Assembly (NCBI RefSeq): GCF_006345805.1
Contig: NW_021836155.1
Span: 1-64,000 of the forward strand
DNA length: 64,000 nt
Direction of reading: 5' to 3'
Source: Octopus sinensis
Taxonomy: Eukaryota
Within the stretch, counting starts at the first letter, position 1; every line of letters begins with the position of its first letter. The translations under genes and the position numbers were made by a program. Of the stretch, positions 38,501 through 51,855 are shown piece after piece. The notes under the pieces are model-generated. The model was given only the letters and a program-made list of their open reading frames with translations. It was not told the origin of the DNA and did not search any database.

Positions 38501-41500
38501 TGTAAAAAGCACTGGTGCCAGTGCCACGTAAAAAGCACTGGTGCTAGTGCCATGTAAAAAGCACTGGTGCTGGTGCCAAGTAAAAAGCACTGGTGCTGGT
38601 GCCATGTAAAAAGCACTGGTTCTGGTGCCACGTAAAAAGCACTGTGCTGGTGCCATGTAAAAAGCCTGGTGCTGGTGCCATGTAAAAAGCACTGGTCTGG
38701 TGCCATGTAAAAAGCACTGTGCTGGTGCCAGGTAAAAAGCACTGGTTCTGGTGCCACATAAAAACACTGGTCCAGTGCCACGTAAAAAGCACTGGTGCCA
38801 GTGCCACGTAAAAAGCACTGGTGCCAGTGCCACGTAAAAAGCACTGGTGCTGGTGCCATGTAAAAAGCACTGGTGCTGGTGCCATGTAAAAAGCACTGGT
38901 TCTGGTGCCATGTAAAAAGCACTGGTGCTGGTGCCAGGTAAAAAGCACTGGTGCTGGTGCCAGGTAAAAAGCACTGGTGCCAGTGCCACGTAAAAAGCAC
39001 TGGTGCCAGTGCCACGTAAAAAGCACTGGTGCTGGTGCCATGTAAAAAGCACTGGTGCTGGTGCCATGTAAAAAGCACTGGTGCTGGTGCCATGTAAAAA
39101 GCACTGGTGCCAGTGCCACGTAAAAAGCACTGGTGCTGGTGCCATGTAAAAAGCACTGGTGCTGGTGCCATGTAAAAAGCACTGGTGCCAGTGCCACGTA
39201 AAAAGCACTGGTGCTGGTGCCAAGTAAAAAGCACTGGTTCTGGTGCCATGTAAAAAGCACTGGTGCTGGTGCCAGGTAAAAAGCACTGGTGCTGGTGCCA
39301 TGTAAAAAGCACTGGTGCCAGTGCCACGTAAAAAGCACTGGTGCTGGTGCCATGTAAAAAGCACTGGTGCTGGTGCCATGTAAAAAGCACTGGTGCCAGT
39401 GCCACGTAAAAAGCACTGGTGCTGGTGCCATGTAAAAAGCACTGGTGCTGGTGCCAGGTAAAAAGCACTGGTGCTGGTGCCATGTAAAAAGCACTGGTGC
39501 CAGTGCCACGTAAAAGCACTGGTGCTGGTGGCCATGTAAAAAGCACTGGTGCTGGTGCCATGTAAAAAGCACTGGTGCCAGTCCGAACGTAAAAAGCACT
39601 GGTGCTGGTGCCATGTAAAAAGCACTGGTGCCAGTGCCACGTAAAAAGCACTGGTGCTGGTGCCATGTAAAAAGCACTGGTGCTGGTGCCATGTAAAAAG
39701 CACTGGTTCTGGTGCCATGTAAAAAGCACTGGTGCTGGTGCCAGGTAAAAAGCACTGGTGCTGGTGCCAGGTAAAAAGCACTGGTTCTGGTGCCACATAA
39801 AAAACACTGGTGCCATGCCACTTAAAAAGCACTGGTGCCAGTGCCACGTAAAAGCACTGGTGCCAGTGCCACGTAAAAAGCACTGGTGCTGGTGCCATGT
39901 AAAAAGCACTGGTGCTGGTGCCATGTAAAAAGCACTGGTTCTGGTGCCATGTAAAAAGCACTGGTGCTGGTGCCATGTAAAAAGCACTGGTGCTGGTGCC
40001 AGTAAAAAGCAACTGGTGCCAGTGTGCCACGTAAAAAGCACTGGTGCCAGTGCCACGTAAAAAGCACTGGTGCTGGTGCCATGTAAAAAGCACTGGTGCT
40101 GGTGCCATGTAAAAAGCACTGGCTGGTGCCATGTAAAAAAGCACACTGGTGCCAGTGCCACGTAAAAAGCACTGGTGCTGGTGCCATGTAAAAAGCACTG
40201 GTGCTGGTGCATGTAAAAAGCACTGGTGCCAGTGCCACGTAAAAAGCACTGGTGCTGGTGCCAAGTAAAAAGCACTGGTTCTGGTGCCATGTAAAAAGCA
40301 CTGGTGCTGGTGCCAGGTAAAAAGCACTGGTGCTGGTGCCATGTAAAAAGCACTGGTGCCAGTGCCACGTAAAAAGCACTGGTGCTGGTGCCATGTAAAA
40401 AGCACTGGTGCTGGTGCCATGTAAAAAGCACTGGTGCCAGTGCCACGTAAAAAGCACTGGTGCTGGTGCCATGTAAAAAGCACTGGTGTGGTGCCAGGTA
40501 AAAAGCACTGGTGCTGGTGCCATGTAAAAAGCACTGGTGCCAGTGCCACGTAAAAAGCACTGGTGCTGGTGCCATGTAAAAGCACTGGTGCTGGTGCCAT
40601 GTAAAAAGCACTGGTGCCAGTGCCACGTAAAAAGCACTGGTGCTGGTGCCATGTAAAAGCACTGGTGCCAGTGCCACGTAAAAAGCACTGGTGTGGTGCC
40701 ATGTAAAAAGCACTGGTGCTGGTGCCATGTAAAAAGCACTGGTGCCAGTGCCACGTAAAAAGCACTGGTGCTGGTGCCAAGTAAAAAGCACTGGTTCTGG
40801 TGCCATGTAAAAAGCACTGGTGCTGGTGCCAGGTAAAAAGCACTGGTGCTGGTGCCATGTAAAAAGCACTGGTGCTGGTGCCATGTAAAAAGCACTGGTG
40901 CCAGTGCCACGTAAAAAGCACTGGTGCTGGTGCCAAGTAAAAAGCACTGGTGCTGGTGCCATGTAAAAAGCACTGGTGCTGGTGCCAGGTAAAAAGCACT
41001 GGTGCTGGTGCCAGGTAAAAAGCACTGGTTCTGGTGCCACATAAAAAGCACTGGTGCCAGTACCACGTAAAAAGCACTGGTTCTGGTGCCACGTAAAAAG
41101 CACTGGTGCTGGTGCCATGTAAAAAGAACTGGTGCTGGTGCCAAGTAAAAAGCACTGGTGCTGGTGCCATGTAAAAAGCACTGGTTCTGGTGCCACGTAA
41201 AAAGCACTGGTGCTGGTGCCATGTAAAAAGCACTGGTGCTGGTGCCAGGTAAAAAGCACTGGTTCTGGTGCCACGTAAAAAGCACTGGTGCCAGTGCCAC
41301 GTAAAAAGCACTGGTGCCAGTGCCACGTAAAAAGCACTGGTGCCAGTGCCACGTAAAAAGCACTGGTGCTGGTGCCAAGTAAAAAGCACTGGTGCTGGTG
41401 CCATGTAAAAAGCACTGGTTCTGGTTCCACGTAAAAAGCACTGGTGCCAGTGCCACGTAAAAAGCACTGGTGCTGGTGCCAAGTAAAAAGCACTGGTGCC

Positions 41501-42866
41501 AGTGCCACGTAAAAAGCACTGGTGCTGGTGCCATGTAAAAAGCACTGGTGCCAGTGCCACGTAAAAAGCACTGGTGCTGGTGCCAAGTAAAAAGCACTGG
41601 TGCTGGTGCCATGTAAAAAGCACTGGTTCTGGTGCCACGTAAAAAGCACTGGTGCTGGTGCCATGTAAAAAGCACTGGTTCTGGTGCCACATAAAAAGCA
41701 CTGGTGCCAGTGCCACGTAAAAAGCACTGGTGCCAGTGCCACGTAAAAAGCACTGGTGCTGGTGCCAAGTAAAAAGCACTGGTGCTGGTGCCAGGTAAAA
41801 AGCACTGGTTCTGGTGCCACATAAAAAGCACTGGTGCCAGTGCCACGTAAAAAGCACTGGTGCCAGTGCCACGTAAAAAGCACTGGTGCTGGTGCCATGT
41901 AAAAAGCACTGGTGCTGGTGCCATGTAAAAAGCACTGGTGCTGGTGCCAGGTAAAAAGCACTGGTTCTGGTGCCACATAAAAAGCACTGGTGCCAGTGCC
42001 ACGTAAAAAGCACTGGTTCTGGTGCCACGTAAAAAGCACTGGTGCTGGTGCCATGTAAAAAGCACTGGTGCTGGTGCCAGGTAAAAAGCACTGGTTCTGG
42101 TGCCACATAAAAAGCACTGGTGCCAGTGCCACATAAAAAGCACTGGTGCCAGTGCCACGTAAAAAGCACTGGTGCCAGTGCCACGTAAAAAGCACTGGTG
42201 CTGGTGCCATGTAAAAAGCACTGGTGCTGGTGCCATGTAAAAAGCACTGGTGCTGGTGCCATGTAAAAAGCACTGGTTCTGGTGCCATGTAAAAAGCACT
42301 GGTGCTGGTGCCATGTAAAAAGCACTGGTGCTGGTGCCATGTAAAAAGCACTGGTTCTGGTGCCATGTAAAAAGCACTGGTGCTGGTGCCATGTAAAAAG
42401 CACTGGTGCTGGTGCCAGGTAAAAAGCACTGGTTCTGGTGCCACATAAAAAGCACTGGTGCCAGTGCCACGTAAAAAGCACTGGTTCTGGTGCCACGTAA
42501 AAAGCACTGGTGCTGGTGCCATGTAAAAAGCACTGGTGCTGGTGCCAGGTAAAAAGCACTGGTTCTGGTGCCACATAAAAAGCACTGGTGCCAGTGCCAC
42601 ATAAAAAGCACTGGTGCCAGTGCCACGTAAAAAGCACTGGTGCCAGTGCCACGTAAAAAGCACTGGTGCTGGTGCCATGTAAAAAGCACTGGTGCTGGTG
42701 CCATGTAAAAAGCACTGGTGCTGGTGCCATGTAAAAAGCACTGGTTCTGGTGCCATGTAAAAAGCACTGGTGCTGGTGCCATGTAAAAAGCACTGGTGCT
42801 GGTGCCAGGTAAAAAGCACTGGTTCTGGTGCCAGGTAAAAAATACTGGTGCTGGTGCCACGTAAAA
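35521..42866. repeat. 7.3-kb tandem array of a 26-bp unit (gtaaaaagcactggtgctggtgccat), about 280 copies
   Basis: Seen directly; variants ttct, tgccag, cac/cag/caa; runs into an RTE-like 3' end. Confidence 0.97.
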
Positions 42867-43038
42867 CGCACTCAGTACACTCTGCGAAGTGGTTGGTGTT
42901 TGGAAGGGCATCCAGCTGTTGAAACCAAGCCAAAAGCAGAATATGAAACCTTGTGCAGCCCCTGGCCTTACCAGTTCCTCTCAAGCCATCCAACCTATGC
43001 CAGCATGGAAAGCAGAGTTTGACGAAGATGATGATGAC
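42850..43038 (+). mobile_element. RTE-like 3' end contiguous with the satellite
   Basis: cacgtaaaacgcactcagtacactct..gaagggcatccagctg..ccagcatggaaa..gatgatgatga. Confidence 0.8.
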
Positions 43039-43050
43039 ACATTTATACAT

Positions 43051-43086
<36 letters not shown>

Positions 43087-43294
43087 ATATATATCTTTTA
43101 TCTTTTGTCTTTCACTTGTTTCAAGTGGTGGACTCCAACCATGCTGGAGTTCCATCTTCAAGTCAGGTGCTTATTGTTTCAGTCTACTTTGACAAACTGC
43201 TAAGTTACTGAGACACAAACAAACCAACACCAGCTGTCAAGCATTTCGGTGGACAATCACAGACACAAAGATACATAACACACACATACACACA

Positions 43295-43660
43295 CATCAT
43301 CATCATCATCATAGTTTAACGTCCGCTTTCCATGCTAGCATGGGTTGGACGGTTCAACTGGGGTCTGGGAAGCCAGTAGGCTGCACCAGGCCAGTCAGAT
43401 CTGGCGATGTTTCTATAGCTGGATGCCCTTCCTAATGCCAACCACTCCGTGAGTGTAGTGGGTGCTTTTTATGTGCCACCGACACAGGTGCCAGACGAGG
43501 CTGGCAAACGGCCACGCTCAGATGGTGCTTTTTACGTGCCACCGGCATGGAGGCCAGGCAAGGCTGGTAATGGCCACGATCAGATGGTGCTTGTTACGTG
43601 CCACCAGCACGGAGGCCAGTCGATGCGGTGCTGGCTACGGCCACGTTTGGATGGTTCTCA
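43295..43660 (-). mobile_element. RTE-like 3' fragment with tandem modules
   Basis: Family motifs. Confidence 0.8.
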
Positions 43661-44331
43661 CACACACACAGATATTATCGTCATCATTGTCATTGTCCTA
43701 CAGGTGTAATTGTGGCTGTGTGGCTGCTACTGTTGTTGTTGTTGTTGTGGAGGAGGAAGAGGAAGCGGAGAGTGATTTCATCTTTAAAAAAAATCTTTTC
43801 ATGATTTTCCTTTAGTGCTCCAGCTGGATTTGAACCCCAGCACTAATCGAAGTTGAGAGTTTTTGATTTATTTATTCTTCTTCTCTTATCATTATTAATG
43901 GAAACTCCACTTGCCCACCAAGTCGTGTCATTAACGACAAGTTCATTGACGATCTAACGAGCTAATCAGAACTGGTTGAGGTCTGTGCTAAGCGGCCTAA
44001 TTGAATTATACATGCTCCCTGGCCATGTTCGTCTATTCAATAACGGTGATGAATTTACTCGGAGGGACGCCAGACTCGAGAATTGTTTTCTCATGAATAT
44101 TTAAAGAATAAAGTTTAACCTCCCGCACATTTTATTACTGATAGTTCCGGATTTTTCTCTGGTTCCAAGGCAAGGAAGGTAGTGAGGAATGGAAAGAAGG
44201 ATTGGAAACACAGCAGCGGGCCATGGCTAAACTGGAGCTAATTGGTTGCAGTATAAGACAAAAAACTAAAGAACAAAAAGAGAATGTAATGAAGCTTTTT
44301 GTGTATATACATACATACATACATGTGTGTG

Positions 44332-44377
<46 letters not shown>

Positions 44378-45639
44378 ATGTGTGTGTATATATTATATAT
44401 ATATACATATATATATGTGTGTGTATATATATATTATATATGTATATATATATATATGTATATGTATACATATATATATACACACATACATTTGATTACC
44501 TGTGTGTGTGTTGTGTATATACACACATAAGTAGACATACAAACATATACACATATGTATACATATATGTATTTATATATATACTTACACATTCGTAGTG
44601 ACACACATTTACGTGCACACACACACATAAATATATATATATATATGTATATATGAGTGTGTTTGCTTTGTATAGACACATGCACTATTTATCTACCTAA
44701 ATACATCCATACATACACTTGTACATTATAAAGATTCCTATCTCTAGTTACAATAAAGACGTGTGTGTGTGTGAGAGAGAGAGAAAATGTGTATATATAT
44801 ATATACACACACATATATATACTCATATATATTGGAAGTAGTCAAGCAAATTGTTTGTATGTATTATTAAAAGGGCGACAGACCATCACCATCATCATCA
44901 TCACTGTCGTCGTTTATGTCTGTCATCATCGTCATCATCATCATCATAATCCTCATCACCACCGTACTCTTCCTCATCCCCAATAAACTGTGATTGTATC
45001 TACCACTTCCCTCTTCCTTATCCCTATCTGCATCGCTTTCAAATTTTTCTCACATCATTTTGCTATCACCACAACAACAACCGTCTCCAAAACCATCTTC
45101 GCTGCTGCCGCCACCACCACCACCACCGCCGCCGCCATCAAAACCGCCACCACCACCACCACCGCCACCGCCGCCACCACCACCGCCGCCGCCGCCACAA
45201 CCACAATGTGTACAACATCTAAGCATAAGATTTATTCCGCATGCATTTCTGTTTTCCTACCACAAACCAATCTTCTGTTTTATTCCTGTTCGTTTCATTT
45301 AATCGTTCTCCCGCTGTGCAAAGAAAGGGTCTTAGACGCAGCAGATGCACCTCCTGGACAACAGAATATATCTCTTCCACAGCAAGGGAAAAAAAGGACC
45401 CTATTTTTCAAATCCAAAGTGATGAAAACAAGGGGGCAGGACACGAAGGTTGGGTGATAAATATCAGAGGAGACATAGATGTTCTTCGCCACATCTGCTC
45501 CAACCTTTCGGAGCAAGAAACCTCGCAGCCCTTTTCTGGGTGAGACTGGCCCCTCTGATTGTAAACGCTTCCATGTACCTAACCACCAAGAAATCTTTTC
45601 CAAACTAGATGTCAAGCTTCTTAACAGGATCATATAACT

Positions 45640-46228
45640 TTTACCTTTTGCGTGTTTCAGTCCTTAGACTGCGGCCATGCCGGGGCACCACCTTGAACAA
45701 TTCTTAGTTGAATGCATCAACCCCAGTGCCTTTTTGTTTTTAAAGTCTGGTACTTATTCTATTAGTTTGGTTTGCCAAACCACTAAGTTATAGGGACATA
45801 AACACGCCAGCACCAGTTGTGTAGTGGTGGTGGTGAGGAGGTGGGGACAACACAGACACAAAGATATTGACATACTTATATAGGCATGTAAAAGCACTCA
45901 CTACCCTCTCAGAGTGGCTGGCATTAGGAAGGGCATCCAGCTGTAGAAACTCCGCCAGTTCAGATTAGATCCTGGTGCAGCCACCTGGTTCGCCAGTCCT
46001 CAGTCAAATCGTCCAACCCCTTGCTAGCATGGAAAATGGATTTTAAACAATGATGATGATGATGATGATGGACGTCTTTCAGTTTCCATCTAGCAAATCC
46101 ACTCACAAGGGTTTGGTCAGGATAAGGCTATAGAAGAAGATACTTGCCCAAAGTGCCAGGTTGTGGGACTGAACTCCAAGACATGTGGTTGGGAAACAAT
46201 CTTCTTACCACACTGCCATGCCTGTGCA
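45640..46228. mobile_element. Diverged SINE A (-) split by an RTE-like 3' fragment (+, 45883-46070)
   Basis: SINE tail half at 45640-45865 and head half at 46075-46228 flank the RTE piece. Confidence 0.7.
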
Positions 46229-46232
46229 TATA

Positions 46233-46637
46233 TATTGGGTCACACCAAAAATAATGCAGTTTTTTATACCTCTTTTATTTTTCAAAATTAAGATGAATAA
46301 AGTTCTTTTTTAATCTGAAATAAACTCTCCATTTTCTACAATGCTCTTCCATCTCTCTGGTAGACTTGCAAGGCCCCTCTTCCAAAATTCATTTGTCCAT
46401 CGTGAATAATACTCCTTCAGTACTGTTTTTACCTCATTTACAGAATTCATATTTTTTACATCCAAAGACGCAGGAGTGGCTGTGTGGTAAGTAGCTTGCT
46501 TACCAACCACATGGTTCCGGGCTCAGTCCCACTGTGTGGCATCTTGGGCAAGTGTATTCTACTATAGCCTCGGGCCGACCAATGCCTTGTGAGTGGATTT
46601 GGTAGACGGAAACTGAAAGAAGCCCGTCGTATATATG

Positions 46638-46668
<31 letters not shown>

Positions 46669-47864
46669 ATATGTTTGTGTGTCTGTGTTTGTCTCCCTAG
46701 CATTGCTTGACAACCGATGCTGGTGTGTTTATGTCCCCGTCACTTAGCGGTTTGGCAAAAGAGACCGATAGAATAAGTACTGGGCTTACAAAGAATAAGT
46801 CCCGGGTCGAGTTGCTTGATTAAAGGCGGTGCTCCAGCATGGCTGGAGTCAAATGACTGAAACAAGTAAAAGAGTAAAGAGTAAAAGAGTAAATGATTTT
46901 GAAGACTGTGGGGGCAATGTCTGAAAAATATGGTGGGTAGGGCATCGTTTCCCATTCAAACTGCTCCAGCCTTTGGAGTGTCATCCTTGCTGTATGTGGC
47001 TGAGCATTATTCTGATGGAAGAACACCTTCCATCTTGAAACCAAAGATGGCCATTTTTCTTCTAGCGCTGACTTAAGCTGCTTGAGCTACTTGCAGCAGA
47101 TCCCTTTCGTTATTGTGTGGTTTGTGTTTCAAAGTTCAAAGTGGACTAAACCTTTCATATCCCACCAAACAGATAACAACACCTTATGTGGGTGAAGACC
47201 TTCTTTAGCCTCAGGTGCCAGTTTTTCTCCTTTCCCTACCCACTGTCTTCAGTGCTTGACATTTTTATAGAGAACCCATTCCTCATCACCAGTCACTATT
47301 CGGCCCCAAAAAAGGGGTTTGTGAAGAACCCATTGACCCAATTTTCTGACTTTTCTGATGCCACACAGGTGTCGATGAATGGTTGAATGACCAAATCCAA
47401 GCTTCTCTGCTAGTTCCTCAACAGTTACGATGAGATTTTGTTCCCCCAGGGTTTGCAGGACATCCTTATCGAGCTCTACATATCTTCCAGGATGAGGCTC
47501 GCCTTCTAGGCTGTAGTTTCCAGCTCAGCATTTCTGGAACCACCTTCGGCACTGGCTAATGCTTATTGACTGATCTCCATATACTGCATCAATATTCCTT
47601 ACAGTTTCCTTTGTGTTATTGCCTCAATTGAACTCTCAAAGCCAAATGTGCTAAATATGCTCCTTTGTCACTTCCATTATAACTTTGAGAAAAATAACTG
47701 TTAAAATCGAACTGCACTCCTCAATACTTACACTAGGAATAAGCACAAAGTACAATTATTACCTGCTTTTTATAGCAAGGTGATGCAGGTAGTTTATCTC
47801 ATTCCCATCCATCTTTTAGTTCATGCAATTGAAACAACTGCATTATTTAGGGCATGACCCAACA
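46233..47864 (-). mobile_element. Full-length decayed mariner transposon interrupted by SINE A (46467-46890)
   Basis: ~30-bp imperfect TIRs with flanking TA; ATG at 47677 MEVTKEHI*..VYGDQSIS..CRRWFQK..EPHPGR; FHQNNAQPHTA..PYPPYFSDIAP; LPERWKSIVENGEFISD; multiple stops. Confidence 0.9.
46467..46890 (+). mobile_element. SINE family A inserted in the mariner
   Basis: All family motifs present. Confidence 0.9.
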
Positions 47865-47865
47865 T

Positions 47866-48270
47866 ATCATCATCATCATCATCATCGTTTAGCATCCGCT
47901 TTCCATGCTAGCATGGGTTGGACGGTTCAACTGGGGTCTGGGAAGCCAGAAGGCTACACCTGGCCCAGTCTGATTTGGCAATGTTTCTACGGCTGGATGC
48001 CCTTCCTAACGCCAACCACTCTGTGAGTGTAGTGGGTGCTTTTTACGTGCCACCGGCACAGGTGCCAGACTCGTCTGGCAAACAGCCACAATTGGATGGT
48101 GCTTTTTATGTGCCACCGGCACGGAAGCCAAGCAGGGCTGGCAATGGCCACGAACAGATGGTGCTTTTTACGTGCCACCGGCACGAGGCCAGTCGGGGCG
48201 GCGCTGGCAACGGCCACGTTCGGATGGTTCTCTTACGTGTCACCAGCACTGGTATCACAGCTGCGGTTTC
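47866..48270 (-). mobile_element. RTE-like 3' fragment with tandem modules
   Basis: Family motifs. Confidence 0.8.
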
Positions 48271-48473
48271 TATTACACACACACACATACATACACACAC
48301 ACACACACATACATACATACATACATACATACATACATACATACATACATACATAAATAATCTGATGTAATTGGTCCATGCTATTCTTAGAAAAGTCCAC
48401 ATGAATATTAATCAGCACATCCAATTTAACAAGGATGTGTTGTTTTGAATGCTGTAGACTGCAATCTACATTT

Positions 48474-49072
48474 GAAGGTGCATGGCTCAGTGGTTAGGGT
48501 ATTTAGCACATGATTGTAAGGTTATGAGTTCGATTCCTGGCAGTGAATTACGGCTCTTGCACAAGAAACACTTATTTTACGTTGCTCTAGTCCACCCAAT
48601 TTGCACCTGAATTTCAAAGATCCCAGTATTTTCACATTCTGTGTCATGTTGAATCTCCCTGAGGGCTACATTTAGGTGCAGGAGTGGCTGTGTGGTAAGT
48701 AGCTTGCTAACCAACCACATGGTCCCGGGTTCAGTCCCACTGCGTGGCATCTTGGGCAAGTGTCTTCTGCTATAGCCCCGGGCCGACCAAAGCCTTGTGA
48801 GTGGATTTGGTAGACGGAAACTGAAAGAAGCCTGTCATATATATGTATATATATATGTATGTGTGTGTGTATATGTTTGTGTGTCTGTGTTTGTCCCTCT
48901 AGCATTGCTTGACAACCGATGCTGGTGTGTTTACGTCGCCGTCACTTAGCGGTTCGGCAAAAGAGACCGCTAGAATAAGTCCCGGGGTCGATTTGCTTGA
49001 CTAAACGCGGTGCTCCAGAATGGCCGCAGTCAAATGACTGAAACAAGTAAAAGAGTAAAAAGAGTAAAGAGT
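48474..49072 (+). mobile_element. SINE family D fragment (48474-48670) followed by full SINE A (48674-49072)
   Basis: tRNA-like head tggctcagtggttaggg..gagttcgattcc; then family A motifs. Confidence 0.75.
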
Positions 49073-49084
49073 ATGCAAGTTGGG

Positions 49085-49292
49085 TGGAGCTGAAAAGTTC
49101 CTGGCTTTGGGTAAAAGAAAATACAGTAAGATTAGTTGATTACGATTTTATTTAACATATTCCTCTCTTAGATTTACACACTTATTGCAGCAGTCCTTCA
49201 GTTTTGCTAAGTCCTGCAAAAAAACCTGGAACGTTGGGTCTCCAACCAGGCCTTTCATGATATTTTCAAAGCCAGGAATTTTTCAGCAGCTA
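49085..49292. mobile_element. Mariner-derived MITE
   Basis: TIRs gctgaaaagttcctggcttt / aaagccaggaatttttcagc. Confidence 0.7.
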
Positions 49293-49740
49293 GTCATACA
49301 CACACACACACATGAACATACACTACTGAAGCATCTGCAGTATGTCTTTTATACTGAACTTTACTCTGTGATAAATTTTTAGACTTTGGTCAATGCTGCA
49401 CATTCAAATTAATTAAATCAAAACTAATGAGATACATTGGATAGTTGGAAACATCTGTCATATATATTTAATTTCTTTGTGGACAGAAAAAGAGTGAACA
49501 GCTAGACTATGATCGCAGAACATGTTAAAGTTCTCATTAGCTACCAGTTGGCCTAGTCTTAATTGACAACCGTTAAACTCAGTTTAAACCTACGATTCTT
49601 AAGTAGTTTGACGAACTAGGCACTCCAGCTTTTCACATGTTTTGAAATATGATTCTGCTATTTTTGTGGCAGAGCCATAGATGGTCACCAGAGAGCAAGC
49701 TAAATTCTTTGTTCAACTCATTAACAACTCATGTAAATAT

Positions 49741-50147
49741 AGGCGCAGGAGTGGCTGTATGGTAAGTAGCTTGCTAACCAACCACATGGTTGCGGGTTCA
49801 GTTCCACTGCGTGGCATCTTGGGCAAGTGTCTTCTGCTAAAGCCCCGGGCCAACCAATGCCTTGTGAGTGGATTTGGTAGACGGAAACTGAAAGAAGCCT
49901 GTCGTATATATGTATATATATATGTGTGTGTGTTTGTGTGTCTGTGTTTGTCCCCCTAGCATTGCTTGACAACCGATGCTGGTGTGTTTACGTCCCCGTC
50001 ACTTAGCGGTTTGGCAAAAGAAACCGATAGAATAAGTACTTACAAAGGCTTACAAAGAAGAAGTCCCGGGGTCGATTTGCTCGACTAAAGGCGGTGCTCC
50101 AACATGGTCACAGTCAAATGACTGAAACAAGGAAGAGAGTAAAGAGA
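49741..50147 (+). mobile_element. SINE family A, full length
   Basis: All family motifs present. Confidence 0.9.
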
Positions 50148-50204
50148 GATATATGTTCCTTTCAAGCGCTGGCAAAGTGGCCAAGTTCCTTTTGACCACA
50201 TGGA

Positions 50205-50468
50205 GGCAATGACCAAGATCTTTGGTATTATGCTGTGCTTGAGAAGACACATCAAGCCGAGGACAATCACAGTCATGGCAGATACAGGTGTCACACAAAT
50301 GGCACCTGTGCCAGTGGCATGTAAGAAGCGCCCATTACGCTCTTAGAGTGGCTGGCGTTAAGAGGGGCATCCAGCCATGGAAAATCAGAGTGGAGCATGG
50401 CGCAGCCTTCCAACGTGCCAGCCCAGTCAAACTGTCCAACCCATGCCAGCATGGACAATGGACGTTGA

Positions 50469-50500
<32 letters not shown>
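50205..50500 (+). mobile_element. RTE LINE ORF end plus 3'UTR
   Basis: NDQDLWYYAVLEKTHQ resembles the RTE terminal DRxxWRxxV motif; continues into the gggcatccagc / ccagcatgg / (GAT)n family sequence. Confidence 0.7.
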
Positions 50501-50501
<1 letters not shown>

Positions 50502-50545
50502 TATGCATGCACACACATACACAGATATAGACATACAATGTATAT

Positions 50546-50775
50546 ATTTCTTTACTACCCACAAGGGGCTAAACACAGAGGGGACAAACAAGGACAGACA
50601 AACGGATTAAGTCGATTACATCGACCCCAGTGCGTAACTGGTACTTAATTTATCGACCCCGACAGGATGAAAGGCAAAGTCGACCTCGGCGGAATTTGAA
50701 CCCAGAACGTAACGGCAGACGAAATACGGCTACGCATTTCGCCCGGCGTGCTGACGTTTCTGCCAGCTCGCCGCC
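50546..50775 (-). mobile_element. SINE family B, near consensus
   Basis: Family motifs. Confidence 0.85.
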
Positions 50776-50964
50776 TAGACATACAATGTATACGTGTATC
50801 TACGGAGAGATATATTCAACAGAAGGAAACGAAGCACAACAAATTTTGTTTATAAAACTTCACCATGAAGCATTCCATATTTTTCTACCAAGGCGATGCC
50901 CCAGCATGGCCACACAAGTGAAAGATAAAAGATATATTGAGTTCTGATTTTTGGTTTCCTCAGT

Positions 50965-51152
50965 TCACACACAAAGAAACACATAGATGCACACACACAC
51001 AAACGTGCACATATGCGTGCACACAAACACACACACAAGCAAATACACACATACACAAAGAAACACACACACACACACAAATACACACATACACAAAGAA
51101 GCACACACACAAACGTGCACATATGCACACACACACACACACACAGACACAT

Positions 51153-51185
<33 letters not shown>

Positions 51186-51246
51186 GAGACACACATAGAC
51201 GCACACATACACACAAATGTGCACATATGCATGCACCCGCACACAG

Positions 51247-51277
<31 letters not shown>

Positions 51278-51492
51278 GCAATACACAAGCACACACACAC
51301 AAACGTGCATGCACACAAACACACACACACACACACAAATACACACACACACACAAAGAAGCACACACACAACCATGCACACACACACACACGCGCACAC
51401 ACACAACACACACACACACAGACACAAACACACACACACACAAATACACACATACACAAAGAAGCACACACACAACCTTGCACACACGCACA

Positions 51493-51531
<39 letters not shown>

Positions 51532-51598
51532 CACAAACACACACACACACAAATACACACATACACAAAGAAGCACACACACAACCATGCACATATGC

Positions 51599-51638
<40 letters not shown>

Positions 51639-51812
51639 AAACACACACACACACAAATACACACACACACACAAAGAAGCACACACACAACCATGCACAT
51701 ATGCACACGCGCACACACACACACCACACACACACACAGACACAAACACACACACACACAAATACACACATACACAAAGAAGCACACACACAACCATGCA
51801 CACACACACACG

Positions 51813-51854
<42 letters not shown>

Positions 51855-51855
51855 A
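50965..51855. repeat. CA-rich ~100-bp minisatellite
   Basis: Recurring cacaaagaagcacacacacaaccatgcac separated by (CA)n. Confidence 0.85.

Noticed and set aside
35521-42866. CRISPR array or real repeat-protein gene
   Set aside because: No unique spacers, no cas genes, eukaryotic context; the ORFs follow from a stop-free 26-bp unit and run through indels.
48474-48545. Possible tRNA gene (also the other SINE heads)
   Set aside because: A and B boxes are present but there is no complete cloverleaf, and the sequence continues into a SINE body.
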